This document shows positions 20,074 through 29,943 of a DNA stretch of 64,000 nt, piece by piece (positions within the stretch are counted from its first letter, which is position 1; each line of letters opens with the position of its first letter). The stretch comes from Verrucomicrobiota bacterium (GTDB lineage: Bacteria; Verrucomicrobiota; Verrucomicrobiia; Opitutales; Seribacteraceae), in assembly GCA_027622665.1 (NCBI GenBank), contig JAQBYT010000003.1:128001-192000 (forward strand), written 5' to 3'. Under the pieces are notes generated by a model. It worked only from the letters and a program-made list of their open reading frames with translations. It had not been told where the DNA came from and ran no database searches. The translations under genes were made by a program, and so were the position numbers.

Positions 20074-21825
20074 CTAACCATCCACTCTGGTGAGCATGAG
20101 TAGGCGGAACTCGAGGGCCTGCGACCCCGGGATGTTCAAGGCCTGCAGGGTGAGCGTGCCCTTCCCTTTCTTGAGTTCGATTACGCCTAGATTCATGGGC
20201 TTGAAGGCCTTGACGTAGGACTCGGTGCGGGGCGAGCGATCGTTCTCCATCCCCCGCAGCGGTGGATCATTGGGCTTGCTCACCTTGGCCTGTACCTTGG
20301 CTTCGTTGAAGGACAGCTGGACAACGGAGCCAATGTCTTTCTTCGGGCAGGCGTACCACATTTGGGCAAGATATTTGCCGGAGACGCCCACCTTGGCTTC
20401 CCAAGTCAGCTTGTCCTCGATTTTGGTCCAGTTGGAAAAAAAAGAACAATTAGGGAACTTGTTGGAGCGCTGAAGGCCGCCGTGGGCGGTGGCGTCTCGG
20501 GCAGGAATCTGGGTCATCTTGGCCCCGGGATGAGCGATCACGAAGGGACGATTGTCGGTCCCCAGTTCCGAGGCCACCTCGGCGTCGAACTTCTTCACCG
20601 CGGCCAACAGCTGGGCATTCACATCGGGGTGTTTCTTGCCCACTTCCACGCGTTGACCGGGATCCGCGGGGATGTCGTAGAGCTTGCCCTTGTTGTCCAG
20701 GCGGAAGCGTTGGTTGCGGGCACTTGTCCGGCCTTTCCAGTGGGAAATCAGGATGCGTTCGGGCCAACCCTCCTCTTTTCCGATTAGGAGCGGCTTCAGG
20801 CTGGTTCCATCGAGCTTCTTGGCCGTCTTGGCGGGTATGCCACAGAGATCGGTCAAGGTGGGCAGCAGGTCTATCACGGCGGCGATTTGAGGAAGCTCGG
20901 TCCCTGGCTTGATGCCGTTCGGCCAGCGGACGAGCAAGGGGGACCGCACGCCGCCTTCATCGGTGGATCCCTTTCGGCCCCGCATGTCGCCGTTCCAGCG
21001 AACGCCGTTGGGCCCGTTGTCGTGAAAGAACAGGACGATGGTATCGTCGGTCACCTTCAATTCGTCAAGCTTGGCCAGCAGTCGACCGACGTTCCAGTCG
21101 ATATTCTCGCACATGGCGAGGGAGCACAACTGATGAAGCCGCTTCTCCTTGTGTGGGTCGCGATTATGCAGCTTCAGTTCCTTCTTCTTGAACTTGTCCC
21201 AGAAGCGGTCGGGCACCTGCATCGGCGAATGCGGCGTATTGTATGGCAGGTAGGCGAAGAAAGGCTTTTTTGCCTGCACGCTTTTCTCCATGAAGGTCAT
21301 GGCGTGGTCGGTGAAGTCGTCGATACAAAAGCCCTTTCCTTTGACCAGCTTGCCGTTTCGCTCGAGCTGCGGGCTGAAGTAGTTTCCCCAGTGGCCGGAG
21401 CAAAAGCCGTAGTACTCCTGGAAGCCACGCCCGTTCGGGTGGTAAGGGAACTGCATGCCGTTGTGCCACTTGCCGAAGGCGCCGGTACGGTAGCCCGCAG
21501 ATTTAAACAGATCGGCGATGGTGGTTTCGTCGAGGTCGAGCCGCTCGCCGCCAGCGGATGTGCTGTATACACCGCTCCTCGGGTGATAGCGCCCAGTGAG
21601 GAATTCGGCCCTAGTTGGCGAGCAGACGGGGCAAACGTAAAAGCGATCGAAGGAAGCCCCGTCTCTAGCTAGAGAGTCGACGTTGGGAGTGGAGAGGTCG
21701 ACGTTGCCGTTCAAGCTGAGGTCGCCCCAGCCTTGGTCGTCGGTCAAGAAGACCACCACATTGGGCTTGGCGGAAAGGAATAAGCTACAAAAAAGAAGGT
21801 AAAGAAGGGAGAAGGTTTTTCGCAT
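20074..21825 (-). CDS. Arylsulfatase (S1 family) with C-terminal beta-sandwich extension
   Basis: [39 protein letters not shown]; start at MRKT (21825). Confidence 0.95.
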   Translation of the reverse strand: MRKTFSLLYLLFCSLFLSAKPNVVVFLTDDQGWGDLSLNGNVDLSTPNVDSLARDGASFDRFYVCPVCSPTRAEFLTGRYHPRSGVYSTSAGGERLDLDETTIADLFKSAGYRTGAFGKWHNGMQFPYHPNGRGFQEYYGFCSGHWGNYFSPQLERNGKLVKGKGFCIDDFTDHAMTFMEKSVQAKKPFFAYLPYNTPHSPMQVPDRFWDKFKKKELKLHNRDPHKEKRLHQLCSLAMCENIDWNVGRLLAKLDELKVTDDTIVLFFHDNGPNGVRWNGDMRGRKGSTDEGGVRSPLLVRWPNGIKPGTELPQIAAVIDLLPTLTDLCGIPAKTAKKLDGTSLKPLLIGKEEGWPERILISHWKGRTSARNQRFRLDNKGKLYDIPADPGQRVEVGKKHPDVNAQLLAAVKKFDAEVASELGTDNRPFVIAHPGAKMTQIPARDATAHGGLQRSNKFPNCSFFSNWTKIEDKLTWEAKVGVSGKYLAQMWYACPKKDIGSVVQLSFNEAKVQAKVSKPNDPPLRGMENDRSPRTESYVKAFKPMNLGVIELKKGKGTLTLQALNIPGSQALEFRLLMLTRVDG

Positions 21826-21883
21826 ATTGTAGATGCTGGAGGCTAATTCATCGAGGGCAAGAACAAGTGCGCGGAAAAACTGT

Positions 21884-22966
21884 CTACCCTTCTTTTTTCC
21901 CCTCGGGTTTGGCAAACAGACTGAATATTCGCAGAACGGAGGTGTTGGACAGGTAGTTCTCAGGCGTTTTCCCCCTTCCTCCGTTCCCGCTGCTGCCACC
22001 CGGAACGTAAGTGGGCACGAGAAGTTGGCGCTTGTCCGGGTGTAGACTAAGGTCGTAACCGGAACCGTTCTTTATGGAATGCATTGGCTCGGGTTGATCA
22101 ATCTTCCAGAAAGTCAGTTCCGAAGCCGTGTGTAAGATCTCAGTATGTCCGACCAAGGTATTGTCCTCAAGGAATCGCAAGGCATTGAACGGACCGTCGC
22201 TCTTTCCTTTGATTTTTAGCTCGTTCTTCACTTTACCAGTGGCCCAGTCGAAGATCAAGACGGTCGGCTTGCCCGGGCAAAAGGCATTACTTTTGGCTTC
22301 TTTCATGCCCCCGACGGCGAGCAGTTTGCCATCTCCGCTGAAAGCTAAGGAACGGACGCCGCCTACGTCGGCGATGAAGTTTTCCTTTCGAGTATGCAGT
22401 AATTTGGCGTCCAGTTCGCGGATCTGCTTCCAGTCGCCGATGCTCCATTGGCGAACGGAACCATAGAGGTCTCCACTGACGAGGTGTTTACCGTCCGGCG
22501 AAACAGCTAGGCTGAAGATACATTCCTGATGACCTTCGAGCTTCGTCGCCAGCTTGCCGTTGCGGGTCTGCCATACTTTGATCACGGCATCGTCGCCCGC
22601 GCTGATCAAGTACTTACCGTCCGCGGTCACGACGAGGGCTCGCACGTTGTCGCCATCAGCTTCATCAATGGTCCAAACCGGTTTGTCGCTTTTCTCGTAG
22701 TTCCAGCACCTAATCACACCTTGGTAGTCAGCCGAAAAAAGCTTCTTTTCCTTGGGATGAAAGACCAACGAAGAAACCCAAGTCTTGTGACCGTCGAGGG
22801 ATTTCTTCTCGTTCTTCTCCAGTTCCCAGACATGGACCAGCTTATCTTGTCCACCAGCGGCCACCCAATGTCCATCGGGGCTGAACTGAGCCCGAAACAA
22901 CTGGCGACCATGCTCCAGTTCGAGGGACGGCCAGGCCTTGGTAACGTCAAGGGGAGGAACGCTCAC
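21884..22966 (-). CDS. WD40-repeat beta-propeller protein
   Basis: Repeated GH...L.FSPDG..L.SG..D..V..W units; GTG start overlaps the DUF1501 stop. Confidence 0.92.
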   Translation of the reverse strand: MSVPPLDVTKAWPSLELEHGRQLFRAQFSPDGHWVAAGGQDKLVHVWELEKNEKKSLDGHKTWVSSLVFHPKEKKLFSADYQGVIRCWNYEKSDKPVWTIDEADGDNVRALVVTADGKYLISAGDDAVIKVWQTRNGKLATKLEGHQECIFSLAVSPDGKHLVSGDLYGSVRQWSIGDWKQIRELDAKLLHTRKENFIADVGGVRSLAFSGDGKLLAVGGMKEAKSNAFCPGKPTVLIFDWATGKVKNELKIKGKSDGPFNALRFLEDNTLVGHTEILHTASELTFWKIDQPEPMHSIKNGSGYDLSLHPDKRQLLVPTYVPGGSSGNGGRGKTPENYLSNTSVLRIFSLFAKPEGKKEG

Positions 22967-24249
22967 AACATAACCTCCTTGATTGGTTCGCAGTCATCGT
23001 TGGCAATGGAGAGCTTCTGGCCCTTGTGACGATACTTTTGGCGATGCGACTGGATACCGAGCACGCTGAATATGGTATGGAAGAGATGTCCCACGTCGTA
23101 GCCTTCGCCATTTACGAAGGCACCGTCCTTGGTGGTATCGCCGATGATGGCCCCACGTTTTATTCCGCATCCCGCCAAGGCGATGCTCCAACAGTCGGGC
23201 CAATGGTCTCGACCAAGGCGTGAATTGATAAGTGGCGTGCGCCCGAACTCGCTCATCATGACGACCAAGGTATTATCCAGCATGCCTCGATCGTCGAGAT
23301 CGTTGATCAGGGCAGCGAATGGTTGGTCCGCCTGAGGAACGAGCCGTTGGGACATGTTGAAATTGTCGCCATGGGTATCCCAATGGTAACTGTTCACCTT
23401 GACGAAGCGAACGCCAGCCTCAAGCAACTGGCGGGCTTGCAATACGTGTCTTCCCAAGGGATGCAGCCCATACCGTTCGCGGTCCTTGGGATCGAGCTTT
23501 TCGTCGTCGAAGATCTCCTTCCGGGCCATCAACTTCCGAGCCATGTCGTAGCTCGTCTCGTAGGCGTCGACATCGGAGGTGTTGCGATAAGCCCGGAAAC
23601 GCTCGTTAGCCTTTTGACGCAGGGCATTTCGGGCAGCGTCGAGTTCGGCGGTCACGCCGTCCGGTCGATGGATGTGAACAGGGGGTCGACCATCTCCCAA
23701 AGCCAAGGCCCCATACCGGGCGTCAAGAAAACCGGCCTCCCGATGAATGAATCCTCCGTTGCCCGGCTTGATCCATACGTAGGGAGGCAGTTCCGGCTCG
23801 GCGGGACCGAGCAATTTGGCCACAGCCGAACCGAGATAGGGGTAGTCCACGCCACGATCCAAGGGATCTCCTCTTTGCATACGTGGCACGCCTGTGGAAT
23901 GATTCGGATCCTTGGTCGCCATGGTTCGAATGACAGATATCTTGTGGGCGATCTTCGCGGTGTTGGGCAACAGTTCGCTGAAATGAATGCCGGGGATGCT
24001 GGTCTTTATGCTGCGAAACGGGCCCGCGAACTTGCTCTCCGGCAAAGGGTGCCAGCTTTCATACTGACTTATGCCGCCATCCAACCAGATGAGGCAGACT
24101 TGCTTTTGCTTTTCCTCGATCTGCTTAGCGATGGAGGGATGGAGCAAACTGCCGAAACCAACTAGCCCGCCCAAGTTACCAAGCATCCGTCGCCTAGTGA
24201 TGCCATGTACGGCTTGGCCGCATGCAGAGCTATGTATTGTTGCAGGCAT
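22963..24249 (-). CDS. DUF1501 domain protein (Tat-exported)
   Basis: TRRRML leader, WLDGGISQYESW, SELLP, ARQLLEAGVRFV, WDTH, SEFGRTP, GRDHWP; start at MPAT (24249), overlapping the upstream stop (TGATG). Confidence 0.93.
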   Translation of the reverse strand: MPATIHSSACGQAVHGITRRRMLGNLGGLVGFGSLLHPSIAKQIEEKQKQVCLIWLDGGISQYESWHPLPESKFAGPFRSIKTSIPGIHFSELLPNTAKIAHKISVIRTMATKDPNHSTGVPRMQRGDPLDRGVDYPYLGSAVAKLLGPAEPELPPYVWIKPGNGGFIHREAGFLDARYGALALGDGRPPVHIHRPDGVTAELDAARNALRQKANERFRAYRNTSDVDAYETSYDMARKLMARKEIFDDEKLDPKDRERYGLHPLGRHVLQARQLLEAGVRFVKVNSYHWDTHGDNFNMSQRLVPQADQPFAALINDLDDRGMLDNTLVVMMSEFGRTPLINSRLGRDHWPDCWSIALAGCGIKRGAIIGDTTKDGAFVNGEGYDVGHLFHTIFSVLGIQSHRQKYRHKGQKLSIANDDCEPIKEVML

Positions 24250-25913
24250 CAATGATTGAACATGAATTCGGCGGAGTTCAACAAGGCCCAAGCCAAGTCG
24301 CCCAAGGCCGCGGTTCGTCTTGGTTCGTTCCGGGCAAGATAATCGGCGATCCAGATTGCCTCCTCCTTTTCCGGAAGGCGCGAAAGCACGGCAAGATACA
24401 TTTCCTTGGCCATGGCATCGGGAGCATCCATTTTGCTCAACCGATCGATCAGGTTTCCAGCCCGAGGTTTCAGCCAATGCTCGATCAAGCGGTCGTTCAT
24501 GAGGAAAAGCGACTTGTTGACTCCCGGACTGAAATCAACCTCCGCCTCGCCCGGTGGTCGGCCAAAGGTTTGAATGAAAATTGCCTCCATCTCTGCCAAG
24601 GATGGCGGGAGTTCGACGTTGCTACCGGTGAAATATCCCTTGCGGTCGAATTTCTCGGCTTCCGGGTCGACCTTGAGGGCTTTGGCATGCTTTGTATTCC
24701 CAGTGGCCCGCAAGACGGCTCGCAGTAATTGCTCGGGGGTTAAGCCCTTGGGCGACGTCACCCGATAACTGGCCGGCTCGACCTTGGTCACGCCTTCCGG
24801 CAGTCTACTGCTTCGTTGGTAGGTCTCGCTTAGCATAATTTCGCGAAGCAACCATTTAAGGTCGAAGCCATGAGACACGAATTCACCGGCAAGCAGTTCC
24901 AACAATTTTGGGTGCGAAGGCGAATTTTTCCCGTGCATTTGGTCGAGAGGATGGGAGAGACCACGGCCCATTAGCAGAAACCAGATACGGTTAACGCTGT
25001 TGCGTGAGAAAAGTTCGTTCTCCTTGGCGGTCAAATCTTTCGCAAGACGTTCGCGAGGTCGGAACTTTGGAACAGCAGGCAAACCATCCTCGGCCGGTTT
25101 CTCGTACTCCTCCCCCTTCTCAAACTGAGGAATCTCCACTTCCGCTCCATTCGGCAATCGTGGCCCTGTGCTCATTTTCTCCAGATCGAAGACGGACTCG
25201 AATTCCACCTTCTTTCCCGCAAGTCCTTCCACGAGGTAGACCTTCTCCTCTTTTTTATGGGTAGCTTGCTTGGTTTGGTTGAGATAGGCGAACAATCCCC
25301 AATAATGAGCTTGCTTCCATTCGTTTACCGACGGGTGGTCGTGACACTTGGCGCAGGTCAGGTCCATGCCGAGGAGAAGCCGAGCGATGTTCTCCGTCAT
25401 GGCATGGTGATCGACCGTGCCTAGAAACTTCATTGCCGGGCGGTCCACACCCTGCCCATTGGCTTCGATCATCTGACGAATCATAACGTCCCATAGAGGT
25501 TTTTTGCGAAGAGTTTGCTTCAGGAATTTGACCCATTCCCCTTTCGGGACTTTGCCTTGGTCCAAGCGTTCCAGAAGCATCACCGAAAATCGTTCCGTCC
25601 AATGGGCGGCAAACTGGTCGCCGGCGATCAAGCGGTCTATCAACTCTTTACGCTTTCCTTTCGACTTGTCCGCCAGAAACTCGGACACTTCGCCAGCAGT
25701 GGGGATATTGCCCGACAGGTCGAGCGTGACACGCCGCAGGAAGCCGGCGTCATCCGCGGTTTCGGCAAAAGGGACGTCACCGGCTTTGGCCCAAACAAGA
25801 TCATCGATTCGATTATGCAACCCCTGTTCGCCGGACAGAGGGAATCCCAAAACCAAAGACATGGCGAACCAAGGCATATTTCCCAAAAGGATATCGAAGA
25901 GATTTTTCAACAT
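24249..25913 (-). CDS. DUF1549/DUF1553 (PSCyt2/PSD1) protein
   Basis: FLRRVTLDLSGNIPT, CAKCHDHP, VNRIWFLLMGRGL, PSHPKLL, FDLKWLLREIMLSETYQRSS, WALLNSAEFMFNH. Confidence 0.93.
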   Translation of the reverse strand: MLKNLFDILLGNMPWFAMSLVLGFPLSGEQGLHNRIDDLVWAKAGDVPFAETADDAGFLRRVTLDLSGNIPTAGEVSEFLADKSKGKRKELIDRLIAGDQFAAHWTERFSVMLLERLDQGKVPKGEWVKFLKQTLRKKPLWDVMIRQMIEANGQGVDRPAMKFLGTVDHHAMTENIARLLLGMDLTCAKCHDHPSVNEWKQAHYWGLFAYLNQTKQATHKKEEKVYLVEGLAGKKVEFESVFDLEKMSTGPRLPNGAEVEIPQFEKGEEYEKPAEDGLPAVPKFRPRERLAKDLTAKENELFSRNSVNRIWFLLMGRGLSHPLDQMHGKNSPSHPKLLELLAGEFVSHGFDLKWLLREIMLSETYQRSSRLPEGVTKVEPASYRVTSPKGLTPEQLLRAVLRATGNTKHAKALKVDPEAEKFDRKGYFTGSNVELPPSLAEMEAIFIQTFGRPPGEAEVDFSPGVNKSLFLMNDRLIEHWLKPRAGNLIDRLSKMDAPDAMAKEMYLAVLSRLPEKEEAIWIADYLARNEPRRTAALGDLAWALLNSAEFMFNH

Positions 25914-26010
25914 AAGCGCTACCTTAGTATTAATTGCCTACAACTCGACGGCAGCTCAAGACACAAGGAGCTTTTAACAAATAATTTTCTTGTCAAGAGT
26001 GACCTAAGCC

Positions 26011-26038
26011 TTGCTAAACAAAGCTCTCTTCCTAGGCT
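26011..26038 (+). promoter_or_regulatory. Candidate sigma70-type promoter, possibly giving a leaderless mRNA
   Basis: TTGCTA-N16-TAGGCT, ending 7 nt before the ATG at 26046. Confidence 0.4.
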
Positions 26039-26045
26039 TATCGGC

Positions 26046-27068
26046 ATGCACACTAAACCAATCCTAATCCTTACTCTTTTAGTTACCTCCTGCATAAGTG
26101 GCTTTGCCGCCGCCCCTCTCGTCTACGAAGGCGCACAAGGTCTCGGCAAAGGTAAACACCTCGTATTCATAGCGAGCGACCACGAATACCGCTCCGAAGA
26201 GACTTTGCCTGCCCTTGCCCGTATCTTGGCCAAGCACCATGGCTTCAAGTGCTCCGTTGTCTTCGGGGTCAACGCCAAAGGCGAAATACAGCCAGGGGCC
26301 AATAACGTGCCTGGCATCGAGGAGTTGGCGAAGGCGGATATCATGGTGGTTTTCACTCGCTTCCAGAACTGGCCGGAAGACCAGATGAAGCACTTCGTGG
26401 ACTATTTGGATCGGGCCGGACCCATCGTCGGGCTCCGCACCGCCACCCACGGATTCAACAAGATCCCCAAGGACAGCCCGTATGCAAAATACAACAACGG
26501 CTTCGGCGGGGACGAATACAAGGACGGCTTCGGTCGCCAGGTACTGGGCGAAAAATGGGCTGGCCACTATGGCGGCAACCACCGTTCGAGTACGCGACTC
26601 GACATCGTACCCGAACAGGCCAAGCATCCGATTCTGCGGGGCGTGAAGAACATGTGGGCACAGTGCGGCGGCTACAACACCAACCCCTTGAAGCCTTACA
26701 CTACCTTGGCCATGGCCCAGCCCCTCAAGGGAATGTCCCCGGATTCGCCCGACGACGAGACCCGCAAACCCGTTCCCGGAGCCTGGACGCGCCACTATCT
26801 GGGTAAGGACGGCAAGACAAAGGGCCGCGTATTCACCAGCACCTACGGGGCATCCAACGACATCGAAAGCGATGGTTACCGGCGCCTCCTGATCAATGCC
26901 TGCATCTGGGCCGCTGGACTGGAGGATGCGATCAAACCCGACCTCAAGGTCGATTTCGTGGGTCCCTTCAACGGTACTTGGGCACGAGGCAAAGGTCGAC
27001 GCAAAGGAGGCACCAAGCCGAGCGATATGGCTGGCTGGAACACTCCCATCGTGCCGTTGCAGGAGTAG
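26046..27068 (+). CDS. Secreted ThuA-like (class I glutamine amidotransferase-like fold) protein
   Basis: Signal peptide MHTKPILILTLLV, ASDHEYRSEETLP, GLRTATHGF, HPILRGV, AWTR, GRVFTSTYG. Confidence 0.82.
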   Translation: MHTKPILILTLLVTSCISGFAAAPLVYEGAQGLGKGKHLVFIASDHEYRSEETLPALARILAKHHGFKCSVVFGVNAKGEIQPGANNVPGIEELAKADIMVVFTRFQNWPEDQMKHFVDYLDRAGPIVGLRTATHGFNKIPKDSPYAKYNNGFGGDEYKDGFGRQVLGEKWAGHYGGNHRSSTRLDIVPEQAKHPILRGVKNMWAQCGGYNTNPLKPYTTLAMAQPLKGMSPDSPDDETRKPVPGAWTRHYLGKDGKTKGRVFTSTYGASNDIESDGYRRLLINACIWAAGLEDAIKPDLKVDFVGPFNGTWARGKGRRKGGTKPSDMAGWNTPIVPLQE

Positions 27069-27092
27069 AAGAATAGTTTTGGACGCCGCCTA

Positions 27093-27623
27093 ATGAACGT
27101 CGGGTCCACAGTAGCTCAATCGATCCTGTTGACCATCCTTTGGCTGGGCTTCGCCTACGTCTCCAGCGAATTCAATGACGGCGAGCCACCCAAGGCAATC
27201 GAGGTTTTGGCTGAATCCGTGGAAATCGAGACCGCCCTAGAGAACAAGGAGCTTCCGGAATCAGTGGTCCAACGGCTGATCGATAAACAAAGCGGCCCCT
27301 TCATGACGAAGGAGGAACTGCGAAAGGCAACCGAGGAGTACGAGAGAAACCGCTGGCTGCTGGCCGGACTAAGCGTTTTGTTGGGCATCGGGACCTTTGT
27401 CGTGGGCATGAAACTTGTAGGGCACTGGGGCTATGCCGTAGCCGCCTTGGCCTTGGGACCGGTGTTGGTGGCCTATTACTTTCTTTATAAAGCCAACTTA
27501 CCCTCGACTCCAACGCCCAGCCTGCCCCTTTCGAAGGGACTCGTTTCCCCTAGTTCAGGCCCAGCACGATGGTCTCCGAGTAGCGGAGTTCGCCGGTTAT
27601 GGCATCGTGAAACTGGAAGATGA
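27093..27623 (+). CDS. Hypothetical membrane protein (about 3 TM)
   Basis: Three hydrophobic segments; the 3' end overlaps the convergent phoD-like gene by 74 nt. Confidence 0.65.
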   Translation: MNVGSTVAQSILLTILWLGFAYVSSEFNDGEPPKAIEVLAESVEIETALENKELPESVVQRLIDKQSGPFMTKEELRKATEEYERNRWLLAGLSVLLGIGTFVVGMKLVGHWGYAVAALALGPVLVAYYFLYKANLPSTPTPSLPLSKGLVSPSSGPARWSPSSGVRRLWHRETGR

Positions 27624-29394
27624 CCTGAGGGTGCGGAAAGGCGAACCAGCGCTCGCCGTCGCGCTCGACCGGGTTGTTGAAGACATTGTTCACCTGCACC
27701 ACGCAATAATGTGGAAAGGTGCGGTTAGCTCGAGGGATGTCCGCCATAGCGTAACTGGACCAACGTATGTCGCAGGCCCGAGGCCCATACTTGAACTTGC
27801 CATTGGAGGGACGACCGCCCTCGTCCTTCATAGGGGCGTGGTTGATCGAGTTGTGAGGGCCGCTGGCGAATTCGTAGACATTGTCCGTTATCTTGATGGC
27901 GAAACTGTTATGGAGGTCGCCGGTAAGCACGAATACCGCCTTGTCGAGGCCGTCCCAGAATTCAATGAGTTCCTCGCGCTCCTTGAGGAACACGGTCCAG
28001 GCATCGTCCTTCTTGATCGTTGCCTGCTTGTCGTCTCCTCCTCCGCTGCCGACGTGGGGCACCATGAAGTTGACCGAGGAGACCACGAAGATAAAGTCCG
28101 ACTTACTCTTGCGAATGCCGTCCTTGAGCCACTTGAGTTGCTGCTTGCCGATCATGGTGGCCTTGGGGTTGTCCGGGTTGTCGACGTTATGCAGGTTACG
28201 ATGGGTGCGCGTGTCGAGGAGGAAGAAATCGCAATTGGAGACGGTGAACTTGCCGTAGCAGCGCCGCCCGATGGAATAGGATGCTCGACCAGTCGCCTTG
28301 GCCGCGGGCTTCACCTGCAGCTTGTTGGGGCCCAGCACCTTCACTATTTCGTAGACCGCGGAGTTCGGGTTGCCGGGCTGGGCGTCCAGTTGTGAATCGG
28401 GCACCCCCGCGGTGGGCGTGCCCCAGTGCACGTGGAGGTTGGCCATGTCGGCCAGAGGAAGACTGGTGAAGTCGGCATCAGGGTCTTCCAGCACGTCGGA
28501 TCCCTTTTCAAAATGAGCGGATCCAAAATGAGCCGGCGCATCATGCTCCGTGGGATTGGCCCAAGCTAGGTAATCGAACCAAGCTTGTGTGGCGATATCG
28601 CGAAAGACGGCCCGACGGTTGACGTACCCGGTCTCGCCGGCCCCGTAGATGTCGTTGATCAGTTCATGATCGTCGGCGGTGAAATAGGTGGGTACGTGGC
28701 GGTGCCATTCGGCGAGGTTTCGGCCGCGGTGCAACAGGTCCTTGTAGTTTTGCCAGACCCCGACGACGGTGGGGGCGTGGCGGACGATGCGGGGGGCCTC
28801 GACTAGGCCGACTTGGTGGAGCCATTCCTGCGGTGGGTAGTCGCGACGCGTCTCGTATAGCCAGTCGCCGTTGAGGATAGCAAAGTTCACCTGGTCGCGC
28901 ACCTTCGCGTTCAAGGTATCGAAGACAGGCAAAGTGGGGCCCACGCTGTCGCCTCCGCCCTTAGGATTATTGCCGCAGGCGAACTCAAAACGGAAGTTGA
29001 ACAATCCCTTGGGGTTGCCCTTGGGATTCTCGAAATCCTTAGCCCGCGGCATGGTGCGAAAGGATCCGCTCAGCTGGTGATCGGCGATGCGGTAGTGGTA
29101 GCGAGTGTTCGGCACGAGCCCGCCGATGGTGAGGAAGCCAGTGTAGTCATGCTCGGGACCTCGGGTGGTGAAGGTGGTCGTGCGGTCCAGCTTGTTTGCA
29201 TCAGTCCCGCAAAACACCACGACCTCGCCTTGCCGCTCGGTGCGGACCCATATCGTCATTGAATCGGTAGCGGGACGTCCGAGAATGGGACCCTCGGTGA
29301 CGCGAATCGGGGTGGGAGTAGTGTCTTGAGCAAGAAGTACACCAATACTTAAGAAAAACGAAAACATAATACAGGTTTTTAGCTGATTTCTCAT
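27550..29394 (-). CDS. Alkaline phosphatase D (PhoD) family metallophosphoesterase
   Basis: N-terminal FN3-like LVPNTRYHYRI, NGDWLYE, ADDHE, FLLDTR, QLKWL, TGDLH. Confidence 0.88.
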   Translation of the reverse strand: MRNQLKTCIMFSFFLSIGVLLAQDTTPTPIRVTEGPILGRPATDSMTIWVRTERQGEVVVFCGTDANKLDRTTTFTTRGPEHDYTGFLTIGGLVPNTRYHYRIADHQLSGSFRTMPRAKDFENPKGNPKGLFNFRFEFACGNNPKGGGDSVGPTLPVFDTLNAKVRDQVNFAILNGDWLYETRRDYPPQEWLHQVGLVEAPRIVRHAPTVVGVWQNYKDLLHRGRNLAEWHRHVPTYFTADDHELINDIYGAGETGYVNRRAVFRDIATQAWFDYLAWANPTEHDAPAHFGSAHFEKGSDVLEDPDADFTSLPLADMANLHVHWGTPTAGVPDSQLDAQPGNPNSAVYEIVKVLGPNKLQVKPAAKATGRASYSIGRRCYGKFTVSNCDFFLLDTRTHRNLHNVDNPDNPKATMIGKQQLKWLKDGIRKSKSDFIFVVSSVNFMVPHVGSGGGDDKQATIKKDDAWTVFLKEREELIEFWDGLDKAVFVLTGDLHNSFAIKITDNVYEFASGPHNSINHAPMKDEGGRPSNGKFKYGPRACDIRWSSYAMADIPRANRTFPHYCVVQVNNVFNNPVERDGERWFAFPHPQVIFQFHDAITGELRYSETIVLGLN

Positions 29395-29405
29395 TATTTT
29401 ACAGA

Positions 29406-29933
29406 TTAGTAACCAAATATAAATAAACTTTGAACCCTAGTGTAATTCCTTTCTGCGAAGAATGGTTCCATTCTATTCACTACCATTTTAAATGTGTTGT
29501 AATGATTAGACTCTTGGTTGTGAGACAATGCTTGAGGTACTAATAGAAATAAGTGGTTCGCATGCTCGCAAATATGGCACTTCCAGAAGTCTAGAAGGTC
29601 CATGTTATTCATTATTGTTTTCCCTCGTTCGACCTCCAAGAGAATTCCGGTATCGTTAATTCTTTTGAAGTAATCCGGTCTGAGACCTTTTGTTCTGTAG
29701 TGGCTAAAGAGTCCTTTTTTTTCACTTTGGAAACCAAGTCCATGAGCAAAATCTAAAAATACAGACTGCACTTTGTGTGAACTGTTGCCCGGTTGGTTTA
29801 CTGCATTAATTTCCTGCCTTATGTCAGGTCTGTTGAGGTGATTCAGAAGAGCATCTCCAGTTTTATTTACCAACTCATATTCAAGTGTGCCAATGACTTG
29901 GTTTTGAGAGAATTTATGTATAGCGGTTGGCAT
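29406..29933 (-). CDS. AT-rich hypothetical protein, putative PD-(D/E)xK restriction-endonuclease-like
   Basis: LRPDYF...GILLEVERGK; about 38% GC by hand count versus about 60% or more in sampled flanking lines. Confidence 0.55.
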   Translation of the reverse strand: MPTAIHKFSQNQVIGTLEYELVNKTGDALLNHLNRPDIRQEINAVNQPGNSSHKVQSVFLDFAHGLGFQSEKKGLFSHYRTKGLRPDYFKRINDTGILLEVERGKTIMNNMDLLDFWKCHICEHANHLFLLVPQALSHNQESNHYNTFKMVVNRMEPFFAERNYTRVQSLFIFGY

Positions 29934-29943
29934 TCCAAATGGA

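Noticed and set aside
24250..24477. CSRCH heme motif in the extended DUF1501 N-terminus
   Set aside because: Lies in an out-of-frame overlap with the upstream gene, before the likely start at 24249
25515..26045. Long N-terminal extension of the ThuA-like ORF
   Set aside because: Overlaps the divergent gene; the signal peptide starts at 26046
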